64,000 nt of DNA from Octopus sinensis (lineage: Eukaryota). The DNA is taken from the NCBI RefSeq assembly GCF_006345805.1, contig NC_043024.1:16058001-16122000 (forward strand). Direction: 5' to 3'. This document shows, piece by piece, positions 1-12,042 of the stretch (its first letter is position 1; each line of letters starts with the position of its first letter). The notes beneath the pieces are model-generated. The model did not search any database. It worked only from the letters and a program-made list of their open reading frames with translations, and had not been told where the DNA came from. The translations under genes and the position numbers were made by a program.

Positions 1-1821
1 GCCAATGCCAGTGCCACCTGACTGGCTCCTGTGCCAGTGGCACATAAAAAGCATCATCCAAACGTGGCCAATGCCAGTGCCACCTGACTGGCTCCTGTGC
101 CAGTGGCACATAAAAAGCATCATCCAAACGTGGCCAATGCCAGTGCCACCTGACTGGCTCCTGTGCCAGTGGAACATAAAAAGCATCATCCAAACGTGGC
201 CAATGCCAGTGCCACCTGACTGGCTCCTGTGCCAGTGGCACATAAAAAGCATCATCCAAACGTGGCCAATGCCAGTGCCATCTGACTGGCTCCTGTGCCA
301 GTGGCACATAAAAAGCATCATCCAAACGTGGCCAATGCCAGTGCCACCTGACTGGCTCCTGTGCCAGTGGAACATAAAAAGCATCATCCAAACGTGGCCA
401 ATGCCAGTGCCACCTGACTGGCTCCTGTGCCAGTGGCACATAAAAAGCATCATCCAAACGTGGCCAATGCCAGTGCCATCTGACTGGCTCCTGTGCCAGT
501 GGAACATAAAAAGCATCATCCAAACGTGGCCAATGCCAGTGCCACCTGACTGGCTCCTTTGCCAGTGGAACATAAAAAGCATCATCCAAACGTGGCCAAT
601 GCCAGTGCCACCTGACTGGCTCCTGTGCCAGTGGCACATAAAAAGCATCATCCAAACGTGGCCAATGCCAGTGCCATCTGACTGGCTCCTGTGCCAGTGG
701 CACATAAAAAGCATCATCCAAACGTGGCCAATGCCAGTGCCACCTGACTGGCTCCTGTGCCAGTGGAACATAAAAAGCATCATCCAAACGTGGCCAATGC
801 CAGTGCCACCTGACTGGCTCCTGTGCCAGTGGCACATAAAAAGCATCATCCAACGTGGCCAATGCCAGTGCCACCTGACTGGCTCCTGTGCCAGTGGAAC
901 ATAAAAAGCATCATCCAAACGTGCCAATGCCAGTGCCATCTGACTGGCTCCTGTGCCAGTGGCACATAAAAAGCATCATCCAAATGTGGCCAATGCCAGT
1001 GCCACCTGACTGGCTCCTGTGCCAGTGGAAAATAAAAAGCATCATCCAAACGTGGCCAATGCCAGTGCCATCTGACTGGCTCCTGTGCCAGTGGCACATA
1101 AAAAGCATCATCCAAACGTGGCCAATGCCAGTGCCACCTGACTGGCTCCTGTGCCAGTGGAACATAAAAAGCATCATCCAAACGTGGCCAATACCAGTGC
1201 CACCTGACTGGCTCCTGTGCCAGTGGCACATAAAAAGCATCATCCAAACGTGGCCAATGCCAGTGCCACCTGACTGGCTCCTGTGCCAGTGGAACATAAA
1301 AAGCATCATCCAAACGTGGCCAATGCCAGTGCCACCTGACTGGCTCCTGTGCCAGTGGAACATAAAAAGCATCATCCAACGTGGCCAATGCCAGTGCCAC
1401 CTGACTGGCTCCTGTGCCAGTGGCACATAAAAAGCATCATCCAAACGTGGCCAATGCCAGTGCCACCTGACTGGCTCCTGTGCCAGTGGAACATAAAAAG
1501 CATCATCCAAACGTGGCCAATGCCAGTGCCACCTGACTGGCTCCTGTGCCAGTGGCACATAAAAAGCATCATCCAAACGTGGCCAATGCCAGTGCCACCT
1601 GACTGGCTCCTGTGCCAGTGGAACATAAAAAGCATCATCCAAACGTGGCCAATGCCAGTGCCACCTGACTGGCTCCTGTGCCAGTGGCACATAAAAAGCA
1701 TCATCCAAATGTGGCCAATGCCAGTGCCATCTGACTGGCTCCTGTGCCAGTGGCACATAAAAAGCATCATCCAAATGTGGCCAATGCCAGTGCCATCTGA
1801 CTGGCTCCTGTGCCAGTGGCA
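1..1821 (+). repeat. 66-bp tandem minisatellite, about 27.5 units, truncated by the window edge
   Basis: Unit GCCAATGCCAGTGCCACCTGACTGGCTCCTGTGCCAGTGG(C/A)ACATAAAAAGCATCATCCAAACGTG repeats head-to-tail with no spacers. Variant sites are C/A (CACATA/AACATA) and C/T (CCACC/CCATC), plus a few 1-nt deletions. Confidence 0.97.
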
Positions 1822-2060
1822 TGTAAAAAGCACCATTCAAAAGTGGTTGATGCCAGTACTGCCTGACTGGCTCCAAAGCCGGTGGCATGTAAAAAGCACC
1901 CACTACACTCTCGGAGTGGTTGGCATTAGTAAGGACATCCAGCTTGCCAGATAAGACTGGAGCCTGGTGCAGCCTACTGACTTGCCAGTCCTCAGTCAAA
2001 CCGTCCAACCCATCCAGCATGGAAAAACGGACATTAAACAATGATAATGATGATGATGAT
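1822..2060 (+). mobile_element. 3' terminus of RTE-type LINE 3'UTR with (GAT)n tail, continuous with the 66-bp array
   Basis: Matches the reverse complement of 7272-7530, 13358-13730 and 54684-55010 (CCAACCCATGCTAGCATGGAAAACGGACGTTAAA-(TGA)n). Confidence 0.85.
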
Positions 2061-2160
2061 TATTTAAAATGACTTTTACTAAGAAGTTAGAGAAAATACT
2101 TTTATGCATTTCTTTTACAGTTTTTATTTTACAGAGTGAGGCAGATATATTGAAACTTAC

Positions 2161-2277
2161 TTCTAAACCCCGTTCTTGTCTGGTACGGTCATCACAAGAC
2201 TGAGAAATAGTACACCAGCGACAGTCGGTATCAGACAAAAGTCCTCGATAAACTGGAGCAGCTGCTGTTAGAGCTAA
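2161..2277 (-). CDS. GCLC-like: GCLC-like gene, coding exon 8 ([39 protein letters not shown]); gene continues left of the window
   Basis: TTTCCAG acceptor, GTAAGT donor, 117 nt. Aligns to GCLC [39 protein letters not shown]. Confidence 0.93.
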
Positions 2278-2799
2278 CTGGAAATTAAAATTTTAAAAAT
2301 TCATTCGTTAACGATTACATGAAACACCATAAAACAATGTATAATAAGCAATTAAAGATAAAAATTAAATTTTAAAATTAGAGGTATGTATAATAGTTTC
2401 TGCTTTAGGCATAAGGCAAATAATCTTGCTGGTGGAAGAGCTGGTACCATCAGTTTCAGTACATGTCTGTTATTTTTATATCATCAACCCAGAATTGATA
2501 ACTGGTAAACTTGACCCTGGTGATATTTGAACTCAGAAAAAAAAAATACTAGAAGGAATACAACAGGGAATTTCTTCCAATGCTTTAATGATCCTACCTT
2601 TGGAGTTAGAATTAATGTAACACAATATTTTCTCTATAAATCTATAGAAAGAAGTTATTACATCTATGGGGAATAGATGAGATAATATAATAACTCTCTC
2701 TCTCTCTCTCTCTTTTTCTTTTGTTTTCTATTCATCTCTCCAGCTCTCTTTTTCTCTCTCTCTCCCACTCTGCTTATCTCTCACTCTATCTCTCCCACG

Positions 2800-2830
<31 letters not shown>

Positions 2831-2832
<2 letters not shown>

Positions 2833-3131
2833 AGCAGTATCGCTCAGCGTTGCTCGGGTTTGTAGGGGAAATAACTATATAAGCATTTTTAGATAGTTAC
2901 TTCCCTTATATAAACCGAGCAAAAAAATGCATTAAAAATGTGGAAAAATTATGGTAATTTTTTTTTTTAAATCGTAGACTCATCATAGACACGCGCTAAT
3001 AAGGGCTTGATATGAATCACGACTATAAGATACCCACTTTTGGTTAAACTGCACCACAAAATGTGGGAATAGTTAGGAATCTAAATCGGAGTAGACTGAC
3101 ACACACACAACTTCAGTTTTATATATAAAGA
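2831..3131 (-). mobile_element. Non-autonomous Helitron-like element
   Basis: On the minus strand it starts TC and ends CTAG between A and T, with a degenerate GC-rich subterminal hairpin; same terminal design as 12043-12557. Confidence 0.55.
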
Positions 3132-3942
3132 TATATCCCACTCTTTTTATCTCTCTCTCTCTCCCACTCTATTTATCTCTCTCTCTCTCACCCTCTCTCT
3201 CTTTCTCTCCCTCTCTGTTGAGCATATTTCTCTTTATGTCTATGAAGAGTTCAGTTGATAAATTTTAATGTCTTTCACTCATCCTCTCTTCCTCTATCCT
3301 TTCTATGTTTATAGTTCTGCACACACACCGAAAAGTATTGTTGCCAAAACAAACTGAATACCCAGTCAGCCGTGCCAAATCGTCTCATTATTTTCATACA
3401 ACACAGTGTGTTATATATTCTATGATAAAGTTTAATCTAAGTTTGTATGTGCAGAGCTATTTGAAACTTAAATTGCTTGAAAAATAACCAGTATTTTGGC
3501 ACTTCATGTGTATTCCCATTTCTGTTATTTTCCTCGTATCATTTGGTATGAAAACATATTTTGTATATGTCACAAAGTACATACGGAAGCAAAACAAACA
3601 TAAATGTCTTGTTTATCAATTATTTAGTTACATTATTTTACATACGTTTCATTAACAAAGAATGACTGTTAATTACAATGTGTAAATTACATAATTAAAA
3701 TGCATTCTTAATTATTCAGAAATATGTAGCCTTTACATGTAATATTATTGGTTGTAGTTGGTGCTTATCCCTTTGCAGTTCAATAATCCAATAATGCTAC
3801 GAATAAGGTTTGAAGATTAGATATTACATTTTGAAAATAGAAATATCATTATTTCTAAATCTCTCTAAAGGAGACTATGGCAGCAGTCCATTACAAGCTT
3901 CAAACAGGGGAGGGCATCAGTTTCCCACGCTGGCTCAAGCAT

Positions 3943-3983
3943 CAACAGACTAGTTTCAGAGTATTTACCCCTTATCAATGCAG
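3943..3983 (-). ncRNA. Degenerate minimal type-I hammerhead ribozyme motif (U3:A8 variant)
   Basis: CTGCA-TTGATAA-GGGG-TAAATA-CTCT-GAAA-CTAG-TC-TGTTG; stem I is imperfect. Confidence 0.5.
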
Positions 3984-4239
3984 AGCAGCCAAACCCAGCA
4001 GGTATCACTGTTGATTATCTGTTTGAAGGTTTATTTATATTCAGTGGAATACATCCACTGGTTTTTAAAGATAGAAATATTATTATTTCTAAATCTCTCT
4101 AAGAGAGACTACGGCAGCAGTAATGGATATTAATAGTTATCGCCAATCTAACATGGCAGTCCAGGAAAATAAGACGAATGCTGCCATTGATTAATTTCAA
4201 GAAGCCATTGCCTAGCGATGCCTGCTGTATTCAGCTACT

Positions 4240-4280
4240 CCACATTGATAAGGGGCAAGTATCTCAAAACTAGTCTGTGG
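4240..4280 (+). ncRNA. Degenerate minimal hammerhead motif, mirror copy (GAAA changed to AAAA)
   Basis: CCACA-TTGATAA-GGGG-CAAGTA-TCTC-AAAA-CTAG-TC-TGTGG; perfect 5-bp stem I but G12 is lost. Confidence 0.45.
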
Positions 4281-5034
4281 ATGTTTGAGCCAGCATGAGG
4301 GAGCTGATGACCTCCCCTATTCGAAGGTTGTAATGGACACAAGTTCATGTGTCACATAGCTAGCTAGAAGCAATGGCCTCTCTGAGCTAATCAATGGCAG
4401 ATTCATCCTGTTTTCCTGGACTGCCATGTTAGCTTGACGATAACTATTAATACATTTTGATTGTGCAGCAAATAATCGTTTTTTGTTAATGAAACATACG
4501 TAAGGTGGTGCATCTAAATATCTTATAAGCAATTGCATGGCTCATGTTTTGTTTGTTTGTGTGTGTGTGTCTTGACAGTCTACTCTGTGTGTGTGCATGC
4601 ATATGTGTATGTGTATATGCATGTGTGTGTGTGCATGCACGCATGTGTGTTGACAGTCTGCTTTATGGTCACATTATGTTGTTTGACGGTGTACTTTGAC
4701 AGTGTAGTTTGACAATGTAGTCAATGTTGATAATATAATGACTGTTAAAAGTATTTATCTGGTGGAAGTATGTATGGTATATGTTGGAAATATATATAAA
4801 CAGTATAGTTTATGTTGATATTCTAGTTTATACTGACAATATAATATTTGTTAATAGTGCAACATATTTTGTAAGGTTATCTATGTTGACAGAATATATT
4901 AATAATGTACAGTTAAATGCCTGGTTTAAAACAGTTAACGATGTAGTATTCTGTTAAACTTCAGAATCTAAGCGCTACTGAAAATATAATTTCTGCTGAT
5001 ATCTTAACAAAAGGATAAATAAAGTGATGCCAAC

Positions 5035-5252
5035 CATAATTGGAGTAAGAGGTACCAGATTATCATAAAGATAAGCAGCTTCTTTTATATCAGCAGCTTG
5101 AAATGTAACTTGGAGGGAACAGCAACCAGCCCCAAATGTAAAGGAATCCATGTAAATATGGCCTGGTTTCAATGATTTCTTCATCTCTTCATTGTTGCCA
5201 TATTCAGACAAGTCTTCCCCGTATGGCATCATGGTATTTTTATCTTTATAAA
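5035..5252 (-). CDS. GCLC-like: GCLC-like gene, coding exon 7 (YKDKNT...HIYMDSFTFGAGCCSLQVTFQA...LYDNLVPLTPIM)
   Basis: TTTCAG acceptor (phase 1), GT donor after ATG, 218 nt. Aligns to GCLC FKDKNT...[23 protein letters not shown]...YLYDQLATICPIV. Confidence 0.95.
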
Positions 5253-5733
5253 CTGAAACAACAATTTTTTTTTCTTTTTTGAGACAAAATCAATTACAAA
5301 ATAAGTTAAATGATATTTTGAAATGTATCATGCTTTGCATAAATTAACATATATAATTACATTATCATGTTGCTTAAAAAAATATTAAAAAATATATTTC
5401 AAGGAAATAATGGTTTGAGCAAAAGATCTGAAATGTTGGCACCATGTATACATGATAGTAAATATCTTTTGTGTGATGATGATAAGTACCAGCCCCTTTG
5501 AATATATATGTATATATGCGGAATTTAGGTTAGTTAAAATATGTTTGTAACATATTTCAACAACTTCAACAGGAATATTCACTGCAGTTACCGTGGAGAA
5601 AAATTTGTCTCTTATGGTAAAAGTTTTAAATTACAATTTATTTTATAAGCTGAAATCTGTCAATTATATGTTAACTAACCTAAAGTTCACTTACCCCTAA
5701 ACACTTCTTGATGCTGATACAACTGGATATACA

Positions 5734-5782
<49 letters not shown>

Positions 5783-6039
5783 TAAGGGGAGAGGTAAATG
5801 AAGGGATAAGCGAATTAGACTAATGAATATATAAAGTGTATTAAATACATGAATTGAACTCAGAACATAAAGAATTTGAACTCAGAATTTGAATTCAGAA
5901 CGTAAAGACAGATGAAATACCGCTAAGCATTTCGCCTGACGTGCTAACGTTTCTGCCAGTTGGCCACCTTATGTGTATATGCATACATGCATATAACCTT
6001 TAAAGATACACTTAACATAAACATCGGTGATATATATTT

Positions 6040-6140
6040 TGTGGCATCTTGGGCAAGTGTCTTCTACTATAGCCTCGGGCCGACCAAAGCCTTGTGAATG
6101 GATTTAATAGATGGAAACTGAAAGAAGCCCATCGTATATA

Positions 6141-6239
<99 letters not shown>

Positions 6240-6460
6240 GTGTGTGTGTATGTTTGTGTGTCTGTGTTTGTCCCCCCCAACCATCGCTTGACAACCGATG
6301 TTGGTGTGTTTACATCCCCATAACATAGCGGTCCAGCAAAAGAGACTGATAGAGTAAGTATTAGGCTTACAATGAATAAGTTCTGGGGTCGATTTGCTTG
6401 ACAAAAGGCGATACTCCAGCATGGCCGCAGTCAAATGACTGAAACAAGTAAAAGCGTACA
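6040..6460 (+). mobile_element. tRNA-derived SINE family A, 5'-truncated
   Basis: CTTGGGCAAGTGTCTTCT...GGAAACTGAAAGAAGCCC-(TA/TG)n-...GACTGAAACAAGTAAAAG; about 15 copies in this window. Confidence 0.85.
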
Positions 6461-6469
6461 GAGCATAAC

Positions 6470-6680
6470 ACTGGTTTCAAATTTGGCACAAGGCCAGCAA
6501 TTTCGAAGGGGAGGGGGTAAGTCGATTACATCAATGTCAGTGCTTCACTAGTACTTCTTTTATTGACACCGAAAGGATGAAAGGCAAAGTTGACCTTGGC
6601 TGATTTTCAATTTGAAACGTAAAGACAGATGAAATGTTGTTAAGCATATTGCCCTGCATGCTAAGAATTCTACCAGCTGG
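6470..6680 (-). mobile_element. tRNA-derived SINE family B (Nin/Deu-domain-like)
   Basis: Contains CTTTGCCTTTCATCCTTTCGG core shared with more than 10 copies in the window. Confidence 0.75.
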
Positions 6681-7002
6681 TATCCTTAGTATGGATTAAT
6701 AATTGAATGACAAAAGAATATGAGTTATGTAATCGCTATCATTGGTTTACAACTGTTTCAGCTGTAAGGATATGTGCACCTTGAGCTGAGAACCAGTCAT
6801 ACATCCTATAGCTTCATCAGAGCCTTAACATGAAGATTTTCTTTATAGATGAAATTGTTGAAATAACTGGAACATTTTCACAATAGTAGCATGATGGTGA
6901 TCATTTAAGGGTTGTAAAAAAGTTTGTAGAATTATTTATATTTTTATGTTGTGATGTCTTATTTATAAGAAAAAGAAGCTATTTCATTTTCAGTATACTC
7001 AC

Positions 7003-7061
7003 GCGGTACATTGGTTGCAGTTCTTTCTTTCCTTCTGTACACCATATTTTTAATTCGATCT
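7003..7061 (-). CDS. GCLC-like: GCLC-like gene, coding exon 6 (DRIKNMVYRRKERTATNVP)
   Basis: AG acceptor, GTGAGT donor, 59 nt; phase 2 in and phase 1 out join the neighbouring exons in frame. Corresponds to GCLC TLTRNIRHRRGEKVVINVP. Confidence 0.85.
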
Positions 7062-7222
7062 CTTGATTGGGAAAATATGAAATATTTAATATGTGAAAAT
7101 TTTATAATTTTGAAGATAGGGGTTATATTTTAATTCTTTTTTGATAAAAAAGCTGGCTGCAATCTCTACACATTCAATAATACAATTAATTATATACATA
7201 CATACATACATACATACATACA

Positions 7223-7256
<34 letters not shown>

Positions 7257-7271
7257 CATACATATATATAT

Positions 7272-8908
7272 CACCATCATCATCATCATCATTTAACGTC
7301 CGTTTTCCATGCTAGCATGGGTTGGACGGTTCGATCGGGGTCTGGTAAGCCATGGAGGCTGCACCAGGCTCTAGTTTATTTGGCAGTGTTTCTACAGCTG
7401 GATGCCCTTCCTAACGCCAACCACTCCGTGAGTGTAGTGGGTGCTTTTTACATGCCACCGGCACAGGGGCCAGAGCATGCTGGCAAACGGCCATGATCGG
7501 TTGGTGCTTTTACGTGTCACCGACACAGGTGTCTTAACTACAATTTCCATTTGAATTTTTATTTTGATGTTGACATACTTGACTCAACAGGTCTCCTCAA
7601 GAACAGCGGGTCACTCTACAATCCAAGGTTAGCACAGCAGGTCGTCCTGCGAGCCATGAACTCACTTCATTTGTCGGGTCTTCAAAGTCACAGCATATCT
7701 CCAGAGGTCTCGGTCTTTCATCATAGCCTCTGTGAAGCTCAAAGTATGAATGTCATGCTTGACCACCTCATCCCATGTCTTCCAGGGTCTACCTCTACCC
7801 CAGATTCCTTCAACAGTTTGGGAGTGGTACTTCACACATCCGTCCGTAGTACATGACTATACCAATGCAATCATCTCTCCTGCATGCTGCATCCAATGCT
7901 TCTTTTGCGCAACAGTTCTTTCAGGACGCTTACACTCTGTCATGTGTGTGCACACTGACATTACACATCCAGTGGATCATGCTAGCTTCATTTCTTTCAA
8001 GTACACGCATGTTCTCTGCAGTCACGACCCATGTTTCACTACCGTGAAGCTTGGCAGTTCGCACACATGCATCGTACAATCTACCTTTCACTCTGAACGA
8101 GAGACCCTTTGTCACCAGTAGAAGAAGCTTCCTAAACTTTGCCCAGGTTATTCTTATTCTATTGGTAACACTCTCTGAGCATCCACACCTGCTACTAACT
8201 TGGTCACCTAGGTAGCAGAAACTATCAACTTCTTCTAGTTTCTCCCCAAGGAGTGTAATGGAATCTATTTTCTGAGTATCAATGGTGGCTATTGCCCCTG
8301 TGCATCTGCCACACATGAAAGCTATTTTCTCGGTTAATCTTACTTTGATGTTACTGTACCTCTTATGTGTCCATAGCTTACACTGGGTACATCTTTTGGA
8401 GTTTCTACCTACACCTTTTCTACAGATCGAGCAGGGCCACCTACATGAAGGGGTGTGTGGTGAGTTTGCCTTCCTACTTACTAGAACTTTGGTCTTTGCT
8501 ACATTGACTCTAAGTCCTTTTGATTCTAAACCTAGCTTCCACACACGAAATTTCTTCTCTAGTTCCAGTAGCGTTTCTGCTACGAGGGCTAGGTCATCAG
8601 CATAAAGGAGCTCCCAGGGACAACCCGTCTTAAATTCCTCTGTTATTGCCTGGAGGACTATGATGAATAGAAGGGGACTGAGGGCTGAGGCTTGGTGGAC
8701 GCCAACTTCTACCCGGAATTCTTCACTGTACTCACTGCCAATCCTAACCTTACTAACAGCCTCTCAGTAGAGGGCTTGTACAGCCCTTATTAACCATTCG
8801 TCAATCTCCAGTTTCCGCATCGCCCACCAGATAAGGGATCGGGGGACCCTGTCAAAGGCTTTCTGCAAGTCCACAAAAGCTAACTATAGGGGTTTATCTT
8901 TGGCTAGG
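7272..8908 (-). mobile_element. 5'-truncated RTE-type LINE: RT domain to C-terminus, about 400-nt 3'UTR and (GAT)n tail
   Basis: Translates VDLQKAFDRVP...LLYADDLAL...LEEVDSFCYLG...LHGSETW...GRGRPWKTWDEVVKHD with stops and frameshifts; 3'UTR ends in (CAT)n on the plus strand. Confidence 0.93.
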
Positions 8909-8937
8909 TATATATATATATATATATATATTTGGCT

Positions 8938-8977
<40 letters not shown>

Positions 8978-9136
8978 AGAGAGAGAGAGAGAGAGAGATG
9001 GAGATCAGAATTAAAATGTGGTACAGAGAAATTCAGATTCATGTTACGATCATTTCAGTAAACAAATTTTTTTTTTGTTCAATTATATAGAGATGTAATT
9101 GACGCAATGTGTAACACATGTAATAAAATGTCATAC

Positions 9137-9253
9137 CTATATACAGGATGCTGGAAACACAGTGCAGCATCTGCTATGAAAACTGATTGGTGAATTTCAG
9201 TTACATGTTTGTTTGCTTCATAAGAGGGAAAAGTGAAATTAGGACAACCCAAT
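9137..9253 (-). CDS. GCLC-like: GCLC-like gene, coding exon 5 (LGCPNFTFPSYEANKHVTEIHQSVFIADAALCFQHPVY)
   Basis: CTTTCAG acceptor, GTATGA donor, 117 nt. Aligns to GCLC LGCPGFT...SKSLFFPDEAINKHPRF. Confidence 0.92.
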
Positions 9254-9427
9254 CTGAAAGAGGAAAACAAAGTTTAAACTAATGAAAACCAGTTATAATT
9301 AATATTTTGTTTTGTTATGGATTTTTATATAAAACTCCACATTTTTTGTAAATTTAATGTAATATCTCATTGTTATCATCATCATCATCATCATCGTCAA
9401 CATTATTATTATTATTATCATCATCAT

Positions 9428-9641
9428 TAAGGTGGCGAGTTGGCATAATCGTTAGCACACCGTGCAAAATGCTTAGCTGCATTTCGTCTGTCTTTACGTT
9501 CTGAGTTCAAATTCCACCGAGGTTGACTTTGCCTTTCATTCTTTCGGGGTTGATGATTAAAGACCAGTTATACACTGGTGTCGATGTATTCGACTATCCC
9601 CCTCCCCCAAAATGCCAGGCCTTGTGCCTATAGTAGAAAAG

Positions 9642-9670
<29 letters not shown>
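9428..9670 (+). mobile_element. SINE family B, full length, with (TTA)n tail
   Basis: GGTGGCGAG..GGCA head, GAGTTCAAATTCC B-box-like motif, CCTTTCATTCTTTCGGGG core. Confidence 0.85.
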
Positions 9671-9671
<1 letters not shown>

Positions 9672-9674
<3 letters not shown>

Positions 9675-10170
9675 GGGTGAGAGAGCAGCACATGCCAACA
9701 AAGTGACACTGTGGTACAAATATACAAAGCCCAGTATACCCATCATGATTACCCGTCTGATAAGAGTACACCAGGCACATGCATCACAACCATATGTGTC
9801 CAACATGGTGATCTCATATCAAGATAAACAGCACATGACCTTGCAGGTGGGGAGCCCAGTTAGAATTTTCTTCTGGTCGAGTAACCCTTCCCACTCAAAA
9901 TGTCCTTGAATAAGGGTTGTTTGAGGATGTTGATCAAAGCACTCATGTTTCCAAATGTGAATTATTCAAACTCCAAAGAATTCCTCTCAACACATGGCTA
10001 TGATGCTCCCCCACTACTTCTACTCATGATCAGAGATGCACATATCAACAGCCACTAAGGGACATGGTCAACTGGTTAAGATCAAGCAACTGACAAGCAA
10101 ATCTGTGGTATTGAGCAGAATATTTACTGTAGCCCATCTTTTATACCAAGACAAAACAATGTACATGATA
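9672..10170. repeat. Unclassified dispersed repeat
   Basis: 9960-10140 recurs in inverted, diverged form at 34090-34285. Confidence 0.6.
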
Positions 10171-10889
10171 AAAAAAGCAAAAGAAGAAAAGAAAATCGAT
10201 TGTATATAATTCCTAAATGTATAATTATATTGTATATAATTCCTAGATCAACTAGTTTTATGCTCTTGAGTTATGCTGTATTGAGAAGCCCATATAAGAG
10301 TGAAATAACTTCATCTACAGCTACTAGGACACTAATGAGATGCAGCACAGAATTTTGCCAGTGAAGAGGTCACAGTCTCAAAGCGACGAAAATATTTTGG
10401 CAAATTAAATTTAAATGTTGAAGTGAATCTGTTTTTGTGTGTTTCTTAAATGGCTTATAAACACTTTCCACGCTGCAATTGTTTTCGTTCCAGCACACGA
10501 TCTCAGATCAGGTCACTTGCTATGCAAATACATCTCCGTAATACTAGAACACTCAAAATGAGGGGGGAAAATGAATGATATGGAAATATTATTTCATATG
10601 TTCTCTCATTCATAAGAAAAAGATATCTCATAATAATAATAATAATAATAAAGCAAAAAGAAATTATGAACTCTGAGTGGCTCTCTCCCCATAAAGGGAA
10701 ACTTCACCCTCCCTTCTATTTCTTAGTAAACTCTCTTTCTTTCCCTTTCTTACTAAGAAAGCAATTGTAGGTGTCAGCACCAACAGTCACCAGTGAAATT
10801 CCCCATGAGTATGTTAGAAAATATACATAAATACATAGTCATAAAAATATACAAAATTGTTTGCACAAATAATCCGTACAAAAAATTTA

Positions 10890-11051
10890 CCATATTTTAA
10901 CGTGTGTAAGGAACCCCCTAATTTGTGGGGAGAGACTTCAAATTTGGACATATTTTGTAAAGGATTATAATATTATCCATGTATAAGAAACTTCCATATT
11001 TTTAACCTAATTTTTCACAAAAGTGGGTTCCTTATACACGTTAAAATATGG
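10890..11051. mobile_element. Tc1/mariner-type MITE (162 bp)
   Basis: TIR CCATATTTTAACGTGT(G/A)TAAGGAACCC with TA on both sides; relatives at 60953-61112 and, split, at 44548-44965. Confidence 0.85.
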
Positions 11052-11099
11052 TACATTAAAAAGGAAATACGTGGCTATTAACTTCAAGATTTCACTTAC

Positions 11100-11165
11100 C
11101 TGGGAAAAGCTGTTAAAGTAACCAGACTTTGGTCTGGGCCCAACAATTGCTTTATTGATTTACGT
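11100..11165 (-). CDS. GCLC-like: GCLC-like gene, coding exon 4 (RKSIKQLLGPDQSLVTLTAFP)
   Basis: TTTCAG acceptor, GTAAGT donor, 66 nt, phase 2/2. Aligns to GCLC RKEATSILEENQALCTITSFPR. Confidence 0.9.
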
Positions 11166-11234
11166 CTGAAATATTAACAAGATGGATTCTTGATGTAAGT
11201 GTCAGGAAACTGAACAAAATAGATTTCATACATT

Positions 11235-11592
11235 GGTACATTTTGGTTATCTCACCCCCATTAAAAATTGGGTTATCTCCCCCAGTTTTATGAGAAATAT
11301 CCATGTTTGGTTATATCCCTCAACTAAGAAAATTTTTTAACCCTCATTAAAAGAAAAAAAACAGAAAAAAATTTAAAAACATGAAAAGTGTAAAGATGAA
11401 ACATCTTATTGAATCTGATAACAAATCATACCAAGCCTATGGAGAAGACCAATGTGTTGAAGTGTTGAATCAATAGAATCTAACCCTTTCAATCCAATCT
11501 CTTGTCGCCACATAAACTCAATTTTTAGTGGGGAGATACCCCAATTTTTTAATGGCGATTTTTTAATGGAGGTGAGATAACAAAACAGTACC
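11235..11592. mobile_element. MITE with GG-starting TIRs and 8-bp TSD (Merlin- or hAT-type)
   Basis: TIR GGTAC.TTT..TTATCTCACC.CCATTAAAAA; CATACATT duplicated at 11227-11234 and 11593-11600. Confidence 0.85.
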
Positions 11593-12042
11593 CATACATT
11601 TTATAGTCGGAAAGTAACAACATAAAACAACAATAAATAGGAAAAAATGATATGCTGCAGTTGTTTAGCTGAAGGTAAGACTAGAAGGAGAAGACCAGGG
11701 ATAAAAATGTTTCAACCTGTATAATTTTTGTAAATCATAGGTGATGTTCACCAATGTATCACTCACACTCTATATTTAAGAAATGCCTCAGGGATTTAGA
11801 AGTTTGTTTACAACCACAAGGTTTTGTGTTCAATACCACTACATGCAACAATCGGAAATTGTTGGTGTCACCTTAACACTTGTCCATAATGGACAAGTGT
11901 CAATTATTTATGAAACAGAGGTCCAGAATATTATAAACCCTTGTTGAGTGGAGCACAATTTGTTTCATGAATAGCACTACTTTGTCATGGAAAAACTGTT
12001 GGTGGAAACTGAATAGAGAACTAACATGCATATATCTATATA

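Larger units (their letters stand above)
3828..4460. mobile_element. Penelope-like pseudo-LTR remnant in partially inverted arrangement
   Basis: 3885-4020 is inverted relative to 4210-4340, and 4130-4180 is inverted relative to 4400-4455. Shares CAGTGGAATACATCCAC...ATAGAAATATT...TCTCT..AGAGA.TACGGCAGC with 16430-16880. Carries hammerhead-like motifs. Confidence 0.6.

Noticed and set aside
1-1954. Long ORFs (up to 376 aa) with 22-aa W/P/C-rich repeats; also a CRISPR-like appearance
   Set aside because: The unit length is a multiple of 3, so frames stay open on both strands. 1-nt deletions break the frames, there are no unique spacers, and the unit derives from a LINE 3'UTR.
5569-5611. Minus-strand RDKFFSTVTAVNIP, faintly resembling GCLC-like exon 6 (possible duplicated or alternative exon)
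   Set aside because: No GT donor in the required phase, and the similarity is limited to about 5 residues; probably chance.
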